From assembly GCF_018350175.1 (NCBI RefSeq), contig NC_058368.1, forward strand, positions 180,608,001-180,672,000: a stretch of DNA of 64,000 bases, given 5' to 3'. Position numbers and translations under genes: made by a program. The notes under the pieces are model-generated. The model searched no databases and had not been told where the DNA came from. It saw only the letters and a program-made list of their open reading frames with translations. Source of the stretch: Felis catus (taxonomy: Eukaryota). Positions 12,903 to 26,389 of the stretch are shown here, piece after piece. Position 1 is the first letter of the stretch; each line of letters starts with the position of its first letter.

Positions 12903-14160
12903 CTGGTATAGGGCAAGGTGTTTGTTCACCACCATCCATGACAAGAGGTGCGAACAGGGCCAGGACTAGGGTAAAGTGAGTGAGGCTGGCTTCAGTGCAC
13001 AATTAAAGGGGCTCACTCTCTCTCAGGTGCATGGGTGCCTAGTCTCATTCTTAGGTCTCAGATTGACCTTATCAGTAATGCCAGGCACACATTCTCTTGA
13101 GGGTGACGGGGTCCCTGTGGGGGCAGCATGGCATAGAGGAAAGTGTGCTGGATTTATAGACAGGGAACCAGGCATCTGGCCCAGATCTGCCCTAGCCTGC
13201 TATTTGGCCTTGAAGAAGTTCCCTTCCCTCCCTGGGATTTTTGTACCTGCTGGAGAATCCATATTTTAGCCTCTCTGACTCTGACATTCCCAGACTCCAT
13301 GATTATTGTGAATCAAAGAGGTAGTGTCCCTCAGCGTGTGTGGCCACAGAATTCTGGAAACGGGCTTAACAGATCAATGCTGAAATACCTTGAGCTCAGG
13401 AAAAGGGAGGGAATTCCCCTGGAAAGGTTTGGTTTTCATTGTGGGGTGGGGGAGGGGGAGAAGGGCAGGCCCTGACACAGAGCTTTGGAGCACACCTTGC
13501 AGTTTCCTTTGGATTCACGTTCGGCCACATAGTTCTGGCCCCTTTCCAATCCCCCAGAGCTCTTGGCTGAGAAGATAGAAAGTCAAATAAAAGAGCACAG
13601 GCCTTGGGCAGCTGCTCGTGCTGTGCTACAGAGAACGTCTAGCTATTTAAAGTCCAACTGTTCCACTTTCCCTGCTTGTACCCTAGCATTCCAGTGCGTA
13701 AGCACTTTGTGGGAAAAATGCATTCCACATAAAAACTGGGGGGTGGGGAAAACTAACGCCAATACTATTTTTCAGAATGCTACAGAATTCATGTTTCTGA
13801 GGGGCAAAGGGTATTAAACACTCATAGATTGCCCTGCTCAGGTCCTGGACACAAGAGTCAGCTGCTGCAAGGGGCCCTCAAAGAAGGTTCTTGACTTGCA
13901 TTCTGAGTCCTGGCATGGCTACATTTTGGCTGTGGGGCCTGGGTAAGCCAATCCACTTATCTGGCCCTTAGCATCTGCCTTTATGTAAAGGATACTGAAG
14001 GCTCTTCTGGGCTATTGTCGTGATTTTTTGGGGCAATGTGGGTAAAGTCTTAGTAAGTGCTCAATGCATCACGTCTCTGACATCAAGCCAAAGGACACTC
14101 CCTGTTCTGGAACTGTCCAGACCCCTCAGATATGTCCCTAGGAGATGTTAATATCTGCAC

Positions 14161-14362
14161 CAGATTTCTCATTGTTGGCATTATTGACATCATGCCTTGT
14201 TGTGGGGGCTGTCCTGTGGATACAGGATTATTTTGCAGCATCTCTACCCACTAGAGGCCAGTAGCATCTCCTTCCTTCCTCCCTGCTGTGACTCATAAAA
14301 TATCTCCTGATGTTGTAAAATGTTCCTTGGAGAGTAAAGGTACCCCTGGTAGAGAAACACTG
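14161..14362 (-). mobile_element. MER20-like hAT MITE
   Basis: tttctc...ggcattattgacat...ggggctgtcctgtg...gcagcatctctacccactagaggccagtagca...gagaaacactg. Confidence 0.8.
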
Positions 14363-15109
14363 GTCTGGACTGAGGGGGATTGTGGGAGCAAGAGAGCTAA
14401 TCCTGGCACCAGAGCTCTTGAACCTTAATTCAAATGCTGGTCACAGGCACCAAGAGGGTACTCGCTGCAATCCAGGAAGTTTCTCTGGCCAAGAAAAAAT
14501 ACAGGAAGCCAACACAAGGCTATAAATGCTACCTCTTTGCCACCAGTTAAATCTGTTTTGATCCTTTAATTTCCTAAAATAAGTCCACAGTGTTTTAAAT
14601 TATTAACTTTTTTTTTTTGCAAATTATGCATTTTAATCACAATTTTATGAAGAATATTTGATTTGTCATCTAATCAGGGAAAATATAATCCCTTAAGAGA
14701 CACTTAATAATCATTTAAACTACTAAAAACTTCATTATAAAACACTGAAAGTGTGATGTTAGGTAAACCCATGAACGTTTACCCCACCTGCCAACAATTC
14801 CACGGTCAAATACATTTAAGTGTGAAAAGGTCTTAAATGGACAAGTTTTCTGTTTGAGGTGACTTTTACTGAGGCTTCTTTATAAAAAATGCTGTACTTG
14901 TTTGATCCTTCTTCAGAAACAGACTCCAAATTTTGTTAGCATTTTAGAAATGAGCTGCTGCCTTTACAGTAGCAAAGCAATCTATCACAGTGGTTACTTG
15001 GAAGCCTATTTTGAATATTACTTTCTCAAACCTCTGTATCCTTATCTGTGAAATGGAAAAACTATGAAGAGACAGATTCATAGAACCTCTGTTTCTGCTA
15101 TGAGGACAC

Positions 15110-15600
15110 AGACAACATACCAGGAGGACACAGATGGGATAATTTAGGAGTGTGACATATGCTGTGAAGGAAACACCACAGGGGGATGGGAGAGAGACAG
15201 GGATAGATTTTACAGGTCAAGACAGGCCTCTTTGGGGAGGGGGCACTGGAGTGAGAACAGAGAATGGCTGCAAGGAGCCACTCATGCCAAATGCCCAGGT
15301 CAGAGCATTTCTGGCCCTGGGTCAGCAAAGGCCCTGAGGTGTGCCTCAACTTAGCATGTGAGGATGAGGGACTGGCCAGAGAGGATGCAGCAGAGTGGCC
15401 GTGGAGGGCAGTTGGGGACAGGTGAGAGAGAAGGAAGGGACATGTCATAGAAAGCCCTGCAGGCTAAGGTGAAACATCTGATTTTGATTTTAACTACATG
15501 AGAAGCCCTTTGAGGGCATGGCATCTGATTTACAATTCAAAATGATCTCTCAGGCTGCTGTGTGGAGGAATAGACAGCATGATGCAGGAGCAGTAGCATA
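15110..15600 (-). mobile_element. L2 fragment
   Basis: tgctgtgaaggaaa...cagcaaaggccctgagg...atgagaagccctttgagggc...gatctctcaggctgctgtgtggag. Confidence 0.7.
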
Positions 15601-17057
15601 GACCCCCACCTGTTGGTTGCCTTTCCCATTACCCAGATGCACAAAAAGCTCTGCACAGGGCTCACTGCATGTAAACTCTCAACCATTGTCACTGGTTATA
15701 GTCTTTATATGCAATAAAGAATGGATTCTATCTTTTTTTTAAGTTCCATAGAAAACTGGCCCCCAACCCTCAGTTTCCTAAACAGAAGGTTCTCTAGTTA
15801 AATATGTTCCCAGAGGTCAAAGATCTTATTTACACTAGATGATCCAGAATAATTTCAGCCCTCTGTTGCCATGCGGTCCTCAGTTGGGGTTAGTTCTGCT
15901 TCTCTCCCAAGGAAAAGAGACCCAGTGCCTGGCCAGCTGGCAGTGGCCTCACGGCCAAATTTTCCTCCTAAGCATTAGATATATTGTCTTCCTCTCTGGG
16001 AGCTAATTGGGGACTCTGTTTATGACTCCAGATACATTTGCCACAAGGTCTTTGGACTGCAAGGGGAATCCTTATCCAACCCAATTAATAGAGCAATGTT
16101 GCACTTCTAAGCTGACCCCCACCCAACCAATCCATCAACATGATTTGCACACATTAATCAAGGCATTTACAATGGGTTCACCAAGCTTCATCTCTCATTG
16201 GATGAAGAAATGGGACTATTTGGACTTGACAACTATAACTCTTCCAGAGTCCCTGAAGTCCTAAGCTTGGCTCTGCTAAATGCACAGACAAGGTGTTATT
16301 AATTAACAATTGAGATAAATGCCGGAATAGCATCCCTGAATCATGTCAAACCAATTTGGATGGTTATGGGATGGGGAAAGGGGGGAGGAGGCCATGGGCA
16401 AGGGGTGGGCTTTGTCTGTTCCAAGTGCTTTGGACAGACTCCAGTGTTATTTCTCCTCATTTAGACCTGGCTGGAGTGCCTGGAACTCAGGCCAGCATCC
16501 ACATCTCTTAACCCAAGGCAGCCTCCTTTGGAGACAAACAAGGAACCAAACTTCGCAGATGGAGGAGAGCTGGAAAATACTGTTGTGAAGAGCAGCCTGA
16601 GTGGAGCCTTTAATTTAAGGAGAGAAATGTAGAAGCTGCTGGTGGATGGAAGAGCCACAATCAGGGGTTAATGACCACACAGAATGGTGGCTTTGAAGAC
16701 TCTCCTAGGAGAAAGACTGAAGACATTGGCCTCCATATTGTGATGGGCTTTCTCTCCTGTCCTGTGGCCGACACCCATACTCCGTGATAGTCACTTCTCT
16801 ATGCTCCCACTGAAGGAAGGTCTTCCACTCTGTCAGCCCTGACTATAATAATTATAATAATGTATTTATACATCTTATCTTTCCAGATGGATGTGGACTC
16901 TTTGCAGACATGTATCATATCTTATTATTTCCAGTGTCTAACATTCAGTAAACCCTCAATGAATCTTTGTTAAACCATGAACAAATAGCTAGTGGATGAG
17001 TGGATGGATGCAAATCTCCTGATGATGAAGAGTTAAAGGAGTTTTAAAATTTGAAGG

Positions 17058-17273
17058 TTTTAAGTTTTTTTTTTTATTTTGAGAGACAGAGAGAGAGAGA
17101 GAGAGCCAGCACAAGGAGGTGAAGGACAAAGAGAAGGAGAGACAGAATCCCAAGCAGGCTCTGCATGATCAGCACAGAGCCTGGTGCGGGGCCCGAGCTC
17201 ATGAACCATGAAATCATGATCTAAGCTGAGATCAAGAGTCAGATGCTTAACTGACTGAGCCACCCAGGAGGCC
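17058..17273 (-). mobile_element. Carnivore SINE
   Basis: Poly-T, (GA)n, gaatcccaagcaggctctgc...gagccacccaggaggcc. Confidence 0.9.
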
Positions 17274-17402
17274 AAAAGGTTTTTTTTTAATTTGGAAGCA
17301 AACATTGGTCACCTCTTCATCTGGGAATGGAAAACACTTCTAAAACACACTCAAATTATTCACTTGAAAACTAAACATGAGAAAGTGTTAATATTTTTTC
17401 AA

Positions 17403-17627
17403 TTACTTTTTTTTAAGTTTATTTAGTGATTTTGAGAGACAGAGAGAGAGATTGTGTGTGTGTGAATGGGGGAGGGGCAGAGAGAGAATCCCAGCTAGGC
17501 TCTGCACTGTCAGCATGAAGCCCAATGTGGGGCTCGGCAAAGGGCTCAAACTCATGAACTGTGAGATCATGACATGAGCTGAAATCAAGAGTCAGAGGCT
17601 TAACCAAATGAGCCACCCAGGTGCCCC
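17403..17627 (-). mobile_element. Carnivore SINE
   Basis: T-rich tail and SINEC body ending gagccacccaggtgccc. Confidence 0.9.
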
Positions 17628-17894
17628 ACTTATTTCTTCTTGAAATAAAACTCCCCTTTCCTCACTTTACTTCTTTTGTGTTCTAGGAATTCTAGGAGGG
17701 AGGGTTTGGGGTGTAGGCACTATGACCTTGGGCTGGGTCAGCCCACTCAGTGGAAACTATTATTTAAACAAGTTTGGGTCTGCAGACCACTTGTATCAGA
17801 ATCCTCTGGGGTGTTTGGCAAAAATGCAGATTCCTATATCCCATATTTGACTTAATAAATCAGAATCCCAAGGGCAGGGGCCTAGAAATTGAAA

Positions 17895-17933
17895 TGTTTT
17901 TTAATTCCTTTTTTAATGTTTATTCATTTTTTC

Positions 17934-17993
<60 letters not shown>

Positions 17994-18164
17994 CACACAT
18001 GAGCAGGGGAGGGGCAGAAAGAGAAGGAGACACTGAATAAGAATCAGGCTCCAGGCTCTGAGCTGTCAGCACAGAGCCCAATACGGTGCTGGAGCTCACA
18101 AACCGTGAGATCATGACCTGAGCTGAAGTTGGGTTCTTAACTGACTGAGCCACCCAGGCAGCCC
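17895..18164 (-). mobile_element. Carnivore SINE with long (GA)n, inserted in a MER5-like element
   Basis: SINEC body with imperfect TSD ctagaaattgaaat / ctagaaatctaaat. Flanks 17770-17894 and 18165-18230 resemble the two halves of MER5. Confidence 0.9.
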
Positions 18165-19579
18165 TAGAAATCTAAATTTTAAGCAAGCTCTCCAGGGTGG
18201 TATACAATGCTGAAATTTGATGAGCACTAGTTAGAACCTCAGTGGTTATGGACTGTGGGAAAATTATTGATTGGGCTCCATCTATGTGGATTCGGCATCC
18301 GTTCTAGAAAATAGCAGCAACATCACTACTAATGACATTAGAGCTGGCAGCAGCCAACATGTGGGGACATCCCATGAGCTAGGCACTTTGTGAAACATAT
18401 TGCATATGTTCCTCAGTGAAACTTCACATCTACTAATGGAGGTGGCATTATCATGCCTATTTCAAAGACAAGAAAAGACTTTGAGGAGTCAAGTTACTTG
18501 CAGAAGTGGGACACAAAGACTGATCCCTGAGCCTAGGCTTTTAACCTTTATGATGTTAGGGTGTCACCTGAGTAACCAGAGAAGTGACAGGAGAAGGAAT
18601 AAAAGTCTAACTTTCAGGGCTGTGTTCAAGCAACAGAGGGAAACACAGACAGCTCGCTAATGCAGTAAAGCAGGATGTGATGCAAGTGGGACCGTGGACA
18701 AGCTCAGCTTAGGAAGGGCTTTCTCCCACCCCCTCCACTCCAGGCCCCCACCCACAGACTGGAGAGGACATCTGATGGGATTCCATGGGCACTTCAGACA
18801 GATTCTCAGGTTGGCTTGAAATGATGGGAGCTGGGCTTTGTAGAGACAGAGGGCTGGAGCTCCTGGCTCTTAAGTTCTGGTTGATAAAAGGGTGTGGGGA
18901 AGGAGAAGGGCCTGTCTTTCTAGGCCAGACGGTCTAACAACGCTTCCCCACTTCGAGGTTCCCACTTTTAGAGGAAATCTACACCCTTTCTCCTACCCCT
19001 GGCTGTGATGAACTAAATCTCACACCTCTGACTTGGTGGTGATAATTAAATATTATCCGCCTGTCACTTGATGCACATGTTGTGTGTATTCTCAGACTTT
19101 AATGAGCTGGTATTTGTCTTCTGTAAGCAAAAATATTTCTTTGAGTCTCTTCTTTTTCAAATTGGGGTGAGCAGTTCAAGTGAAGATCTCTCACTATTAA
19201 AAAGACAGTCTACTTGGCGGCATGTGTGTCTGAACTGTTTCTACTTCTTCTTAGGGTCAATGGCAGGGAAAGCTTGCCCCTTCAGAATCAGCCATTGCTT
19301 TCCTGAGGTTAAGTTAGTGGTCACATGGTTGGGGGGGGTGGCAGTTGTTGGGAGACTTTGAAAGGGATGGGATTAAGAATGCAGGGAACCAGCATAAACT
19401 GGTTTTGTGGGATATTTGAATGCAGCTTTTTCCAACAGGGCTTCTCCTATAAGCACCGCAGAATCCAGAAAATATTTGAGTGAAAATTTTCTCAAGTCTT
19501 CTAAGGAAGGCACTTAGCTAGTACCATTCTAGATGCATAGGAGAAGAGTCAACTCATTCCATATAATGAATGTCTTAGG

Positions 19580-19753
19580 ACAGTGGCTCTGAAAGAGAAC
19601 CTGCATCAGCATTACTTGGAAATTTACCAGAAGTTAAAATTCTTGCATCCCACCCCAGGTCTGTGGAATCAGAAATTCGGGGGGATTTAGCAATCAGTGT
19701 TCAATCAAGCCTTCCAGGTGGTTTTGCTATAAGCTAAAGTTTCAGAACTACTA
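19580..19753 (+). mobile_element. MER5A-like fragment
   Basis: cagtggctct...gaatcagaaatt...caagccttccaggtggttt...ctaaagtttcagaactact. Confidence 0.7.
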
Positions 19754-21662
19754 GTGGCCATAAAGCACCAGGGCTTAATTCTCTCCCAGAGGAGCCCAGT
19801 GTGAAAAAGGCCGTTAAAAGGGCTTCAAATATCTGCGTCAATATTTGTATCTATATCTATCTCAGTTTAAAATAAAAAAAAAAACATCTATCACTTTAAA
19901 CGGAGATTTTTTTTTTTTAAACTTAGAGTGTTCCCAGATGAAAAAATGATTTGCTTCTTCCAACTCACTTTGGATGAGCATTCTGTTACTTCCCCATTCA
20001 TGAGGTTCGTAACAAATGTGTTCATTGCAGCTGCTCCCCAGGCTGATATTCATGCTCTGTCTGGGTGCCTACTCTGACCTACTGTCAGGTTTGGAAGCCA
20101 CAACGCCTTGGTTGAGAACTCCCAAAGCAGGAGAGAGCCTGGGGCAGAACTCCTACCCCCACCAAAACAAACAAAAAAGTGATATAATTAGTGTGCTGCA
20201 GGATTGGATCTGGAGTTGATGAGGAGCAACTTTAATATTTATCAATAAACAGCAAAGTGCTTAGCACACCTCCTAGGGAAGTAATTAACCATAAAAAGGA
20301 TACTCTGCGCTGAGGAATCTCCTCCAAAAAAAGAACTCAGTTAATTGTGAATTGCTTACGCCAGGTGAGAGACAATCCGTGTCTACCTCTCTCACCTGAC
20401 ATAAGCAACTCTGAATTAACTGGGAGGTTCTTTTTATAAACACTATGCGGAGCCTTTTTTTTTTTCTTGGTGGCTAATTACTTCCTTGGGAGGTTTGCTT
20501 TAATAGTTCCCATAACAAGGCCATTATTGTCTTTAGCATAATCACTGCCTCATTTGCTTTTGTGCCTTGCCTTTCTGATGCTCTGCCTCTGCCCAGCGGG
20601 AGGGACCCTGCACTGTGCTTGTAGCGTAGTCCTCAGACCAGCACCAGTCGCACCTATTGAAGTCTCCTCTAGCTCCACTATTTCAGGAATTTGGTTTTCT
20701 CCTGGAAGGAGCTGCGATCAGGGAGGGGTAGGGCTGGTGGAGAAGGACATAGATGGTGCAGGTTATGTTGGGGAGACTGAGTCCCCCTTCCCTATGTGCG
20801 GCATTCCAGCCATTTGCTATGCTTTTACCTGCTGACATCTGCAGTGGGGAAGGGCACCAGAGCAGCAGCTCCTTTCTGCAAGAGGAAGGAGCTGATCTAT
20901 CTGTAAGCAACCACTTTGCTAAGTGAAATCACCAGGGACCAGGAAAAAAAACCAAAAACTGAACCTTGTCAGGATAGGAAATGTGATTTTGACTCAGTCT
21001 TGGGGAAAAAAAAATGTATGGATATATGCAGTTATGCCTCACTTCATTCAAAAATGAATTAAAGTGGCTTCTGTTTTGGCTCTGTTTCAGTAAGGTAATG
21101 AATGAATGGGAGCTCTGTAAATTACATTGGCTCTATAAACTTTTTTGATTGGTGTACTCCTATCATTATATGTATGTTAGCTTATTTACACATTATGTAC
21201 ATGTATAACAGCAAGAATATATTATGGAAATTGCAAAGTGTCTATTAAGAGGACGAGGAAAAGTAAAAATAGAATATCTAACACTTTCAACCATCACCCT
21301 GATGGATTACACCCCCTTCTGGACACTACCTAAACTGACCTTGGGGTCATGAGGGCAGGAGATGACACTTCCAGAGCACAGGGATTGACAGAGTGGGACT
21401 ATACACATTTTTATTAAATCAAATAGTTGAATGCATGGATCCTGTTACACTCTGAAACAACTTGCACTCTGAGGGAATTCTGACCAGTTAGTAATTTTGG
21501 TGGGAGTGGGTCACACACCTGTACTAAAGCCTAGGGAGCACTGCTCCACATTCTTAGGAAATCACACAGTCCCTATGCTACTGCAACTCCATTTAGCCCC
21601 AGAATTTTACCATTTCATCAGGGAATAACACAGGAAAGAAAATTCAATTCAGAGGTTCAGAA

Positions 21663-21971
21663 CAGGGATTGACAAATTTCCTATAAAGGGCCAGAGAGTA
21701 AATATTTTAGGCTTTATCAGCCATGTGGTCTCTAACTATTCAATGCTGCCTTTGAGGGTGATACATAAACTAATAGGCAATAGGCTATCTTCCAATAAAA
21801 CTTCATAAATGAACACTGAAATTTGAATTCTACACAGTTTTCACATCTCTTGAAATATTGTTCTTTAGATTCCCACCCCACCCCCACAACCTTTTGAAAT
21901 GTAGAAACCAGTTTTTAGCTATATAATGCCAGGCAATGCATTGGATTCGGTCTGTAGTTTGCCAACCACTG
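21663..21971 (+). mobile_element. MER58B-like hAT element
   Basis: cagggattgacaaa...taaagggccagagagtaaatattttaggcttt...tagtttgccaaccactg. Confidence 0.8.
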
Positions 21972-21974
21972 TTT

Positions 21975-22160
21975 GGAAAGTGGACTTTGGAGTCAGATCT
22001 GGGTTTGCGTCCCAATTTTACGATTGGTAGCTCTTATAAAGTTACTTAACTATGGTCTAAGCTTCAGTTTCCTCATTTGTAAAGTAACATCTCAAAGGGC
22101 TGTAAGGATGGAGGGATTGCCTGTGATGTCTGAGCACAGCGTGAAGCACATATTGTGATC
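21975..22160 (+). mobile_element. MIR
   Basis: ggactttggagtcagatctgggtttg...agttacttaac...cttcagtttcctcatttgtaaa. Confidence 0.7.
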
Positions 22161-22448
22161 ATCATCATCGATTTGTTTGTAACTTCCAGCCCTGAAGGGT
22201 CAGGCAGGAGCAGGGACCCAAAGGCAGAGCCAGGGCCCAGCCACCTTTCTGTGGTGGTGCTACTTGCCAATCCAAAGCCAGCATCAAACCCCAGTGCCTT
22301 CAGCCTTGTCTCCAGGAGCCCCCCCCCCCCCAAAACGACGCCCCCCCCCCCCCCCCCCCCCGTTCTTTGCTGCATTTGCTTCAAAGGAAATGTTACAACA
22401 ACATTTGACAATAGTATAGGGGAGGTCTTTCAGGAAAAAAATGACTCA

Positions 22449-22952
<504 letters not shown>

Positions 22953-23714
22953 CTAGGTAGGCTGTTATTTCTAGCCAGTAGCTCAAAAGTGAGGCTACCT
23001 CCAAAAAAATTTTTTTTCCTCCATTTTTTTTAGAAGTACCTTCTGCAGAAAAGAGAAAATTCCCTATCAACCCAGGATGGAGGCAAAGTGCCCTCCATCA
23101 TTCAGAATCTCAAGGATACACTTATGTATGATTATTACAAGCTTCTTATGACCAAGAACTGGATGGCTCTGCTGGGCCATTTTCATATTTTTGTAATATT
23201 TAGTTTTAAGGGGGCACTTTAAAATGTTGGCTGTTTGTCACTCAACCTATTTATATCATGATTTAAAAATACTGCTGAATCTGAAGGCTGTGGAAGGAGT
23301 GGGTACTCAGTGTCATGAATGGGGAAAAGAGAGCAATGTGTATGTGCATGGGGAATGAGGTGGTGCTCGAGTAATTCCGATTTTGTGGTAATATTTTCCT
23401 TCCTCTTTTCTTTTTCCTGCGGTGGGGAGGAGTACAAAATCAGCAGCCTACCTAATTCCCTAATCGCTCCAGCACCCCAAAACTCTGCACCTACCACTCT
23501 TCTGACCTGAGCTTGGGTGCCAGGAGCCCGGGTGGGGGAAGAGGAGGAAGGGTAGCAGGGAGCACTAACAAGGGAGGGGAAAGTCTCCCCCCCCCCCCAC
23601 CCCCCAGCAGAGCCTCTGTCACCCTTTATAGGATGTGGAGAGCAGCACTGAACTGGTAGGATATCACCACACTCCCAAAACCTACTTGCTGGCAAGCTTT
23701 CCTGGATATGTTTT

Positions 23715-23823
23715 CATTTTTCCTTTAACAGCTTTATTGAGCCATAATTTACATACCATAAAATTCACCTGTTTTAAGTGCACAATGCAGTGACTTCTGG
23801 TAAATTTACAGAGTTCTGCAACC
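23715..23823 (-). mobile_element. L1M (L1MB-like) extreme 3' end fragment
   Basis: ttaacagctttattgagccataatttacataccataaaattcacctgttttaagtgcacaa...gtaaatttacagagttctgcaacc. Confidence 0.8.
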
Positions 23824-25329
23824 TAGGTATGTTCTTCTTACTTCATTTAAATATACCCCAAATGACCACTAATTTAATTGTCCCAAGAATGTAACTTCCC
23901 TGAATATCTATCTCTAATTCTATCTCCACCTCTGTCACCATATCTATCTCCAGCTCTTTCTATATCTAGTTTTAAACCACACAAAGTGCAGCGGGCGGGG
24001 GCGGGGGGAGGTTGGACTGTTGTGAGGGGATGAAGAGCTTTGCAATGAGGGAGGCAATTGATGTGAAACCATTCTGGCCCAAGTCTTCTGAATCAAAAGC
24101 ATGCATCTCCCCCTACTTCTCTCTCCAGGGTTCCACAGGCCTTAGAATGACATTTTAGCTCTCTTCTCTTGAGTTTCCCTTGTGAGAATGCCAACAAACC
24201 TAATCTGTGCATGTGGCAGTGGTGGGAATTGAAAGGACTCCCCCCCAGGAGGAAAGGTCTGGAGTGTCTGAAAATGAGTTGAAATTTGCTTATTTAAGAT
24301 ATCTTACATTTGAAAATTGTTCCCTCCCATCCTTTCCAGATAGTGTATGGGTTAGGATCTGAGAGAACAGGATAAGGAAAGGAGGAGAAATTCTATGTGG
24401 GGGAGTCTCTGTGAGGAAGCTGAGCTGGCATGAGAGGAGAAACAGGAGACTGTTACCAGAGAACCTGTTTCCTTTTGCTGTGTAGCCCAGCACTAAATCC
24501 AGGATGCAAACAAAGCATAAGTGTCTGCGTAGCTCAAGAAAGACTTGCTGGTATCCACACTTATTTTTACAGATCCCAGACCCAAATTTCCATTCCTTTC
24601 CTTACCAAGGAAGTGACCATGGCCCTGCCTGGAGAACCGCTGACATCCCCTTTGTTCATACTGTGGGTGTGTTCTGGGAGTGGAAGCCATCAGTTTCAGA
24701 GAATTACCACAAACATTTCACAGGAGCAAAATGAAACTCAGTAGGAAAAGCCCAAGGGACTTATCAGAGGTTCTCAAGGAAAAGAGTGTATCTCCAACCT
24801 CCAGCCACCTCCAGCTTTACAATTTCCACCAGTAGAGTTTTGGTTGAATGGATCACAGGGAATACACTAAATGACAGACCTAGCAACATTTGCTCAGCAC
24901 GCCATCTATTATATGTGCTTTGTTATTTAGCCACTTTGAGGTCTCATGTTTGACTAAAATCACACCCAAAGTCTCAACAGAAGCCTCATTGTGCAGGAAA
25001 CCCACGTCGACTACATAAAATGTAAATTTGCAAAGAACACTAGCATATCAGTCAGAGATAGGTACTCAAAATATCTGTGCTCTTAGATTGAAATGAAGCT
25101 TTTTCCCCCTTTCTCTTTCTCTTTTGATTTTTTTTCCTCCCCCCAACCAACCGAAGTGAGATAAACAGACCACAGTAGCAGGTTTTCTCCACATCATATG
25201 AGGAAGATGAAAACATGAACAGTGGGAAGCTGGCAAATCTCTGAGAAGTTTCGGGGTAGCTGGGAATTAATGGACAGCACTTTGCTTTTAGCTTGAAGAG
25301 GAGGAAAGTAGCCTTGGCAGGTGCATGGT

Positions 25330-25342
25330 GTTGCTAGGCAAC
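25330..25342. promoter_or_regulatory. RFX X-box motif (candidate)
   Basis: GTTGCTAGGCAAC in unique intronic sequence; motif match only. Confidence 0.4.
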
Positions 25343-25732
25343 CCCAAGCTATCCCCAGCACAAGTTCATTCGGCTGATGGCCTTCTGAGGAGGTGATTCG
25401 TTGTGTTTGTAAAGTGCAAAGCCAGCTTCTGCTTAAGGAAAAACAAAATGTAGGAAGTAATTAGTCTGGAGGGCAAATGGGCGTCAGGTGGCAACTTTTC
25501 TCTGGAGAGGATTTTACAACTAAAGTTGGAATGGACTTATGGGCTCATGCTTGGGGATCCAAGAGATCTCCCATATGGAGTCTTCTGGATTTCAGGCTAG
25601 CACTGCTGACTTCCTTCAGTGTCCACCTCTGAGATCACTGATATAGAATGTGGTAAGGCACATTTTTTCATTCTTTGCACAGCTAGGCAGCTGGCTGTCT
25701 GGAGACTCTAGGTTCTATCATGACCCTAGGCT

Positions 25733-25949
25733 AGTGGGTCTCCACTGAGGCTCGTTAGTTCCTTTTTCTTCTTTTAGGGGACATTTGGCAAGGTCTGGAG
25801 ACATTTTTGATTATCACAACTTGGGGAGGATGCTACTGACATCTAGTGCATAGAGGTCAGGAGTACCGCTTGACATTCTAAAATGCACAGGACAGTCTGC
25901 ATAACAATACAGCTTCAAATGTCAATAGTGCCAAGGTTGAGAAACCTTG
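25733..25949 (+). mobile_element. MER20-like hAT MITE
   Basis: ggggacatttggcaaggtctggagacatttttg...aaatgtcaatagtgccaaggttgagaaacc. Confidence 0.85.
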
Positions 25950-26389
25950 CCCTGGACCCTCAACTCCATGAAACTGGAGAGTTCCTTGTTTGCTGGCCTC
26001 ATGTCAGGCACATTGTAGATGCTTGAATGAATGGCCAGTCAGGTTGTGCTGTATCATTTCAGCCTGCCTTATCAATAAACTCTTCTGAGAGTCATGAGAA
26101 TATGGGAACCCCCTTCTCAAAGATTAAAAGAGAACTTTCAAGGCCATCAGTGATATCTTGGGCTGGTTCTATCAGAATTCCAATGCCTTTGGCAGGGTGG
26201 AAATGATATAGTTTCTAAGACTTCTACATACAGAATTTCAACCACTAAAACAACAACAACAACAACAGCAACAACAACAACAACAATCCATCAACACAGT
26301 TACCAGGTAGGTAGGCTTTTCGCCTTGACAAAAATTAGACCTAATGCAGAAATTTGGGATTAAAAAAAACAACAACCCAAAAACTCATA

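Noticed and set aside
24315..24350. Minus-strand HYLERM peptide resembling the paralogous AHYLD insert
   Set aside because: No AG acceptor in the required phase and no donor.
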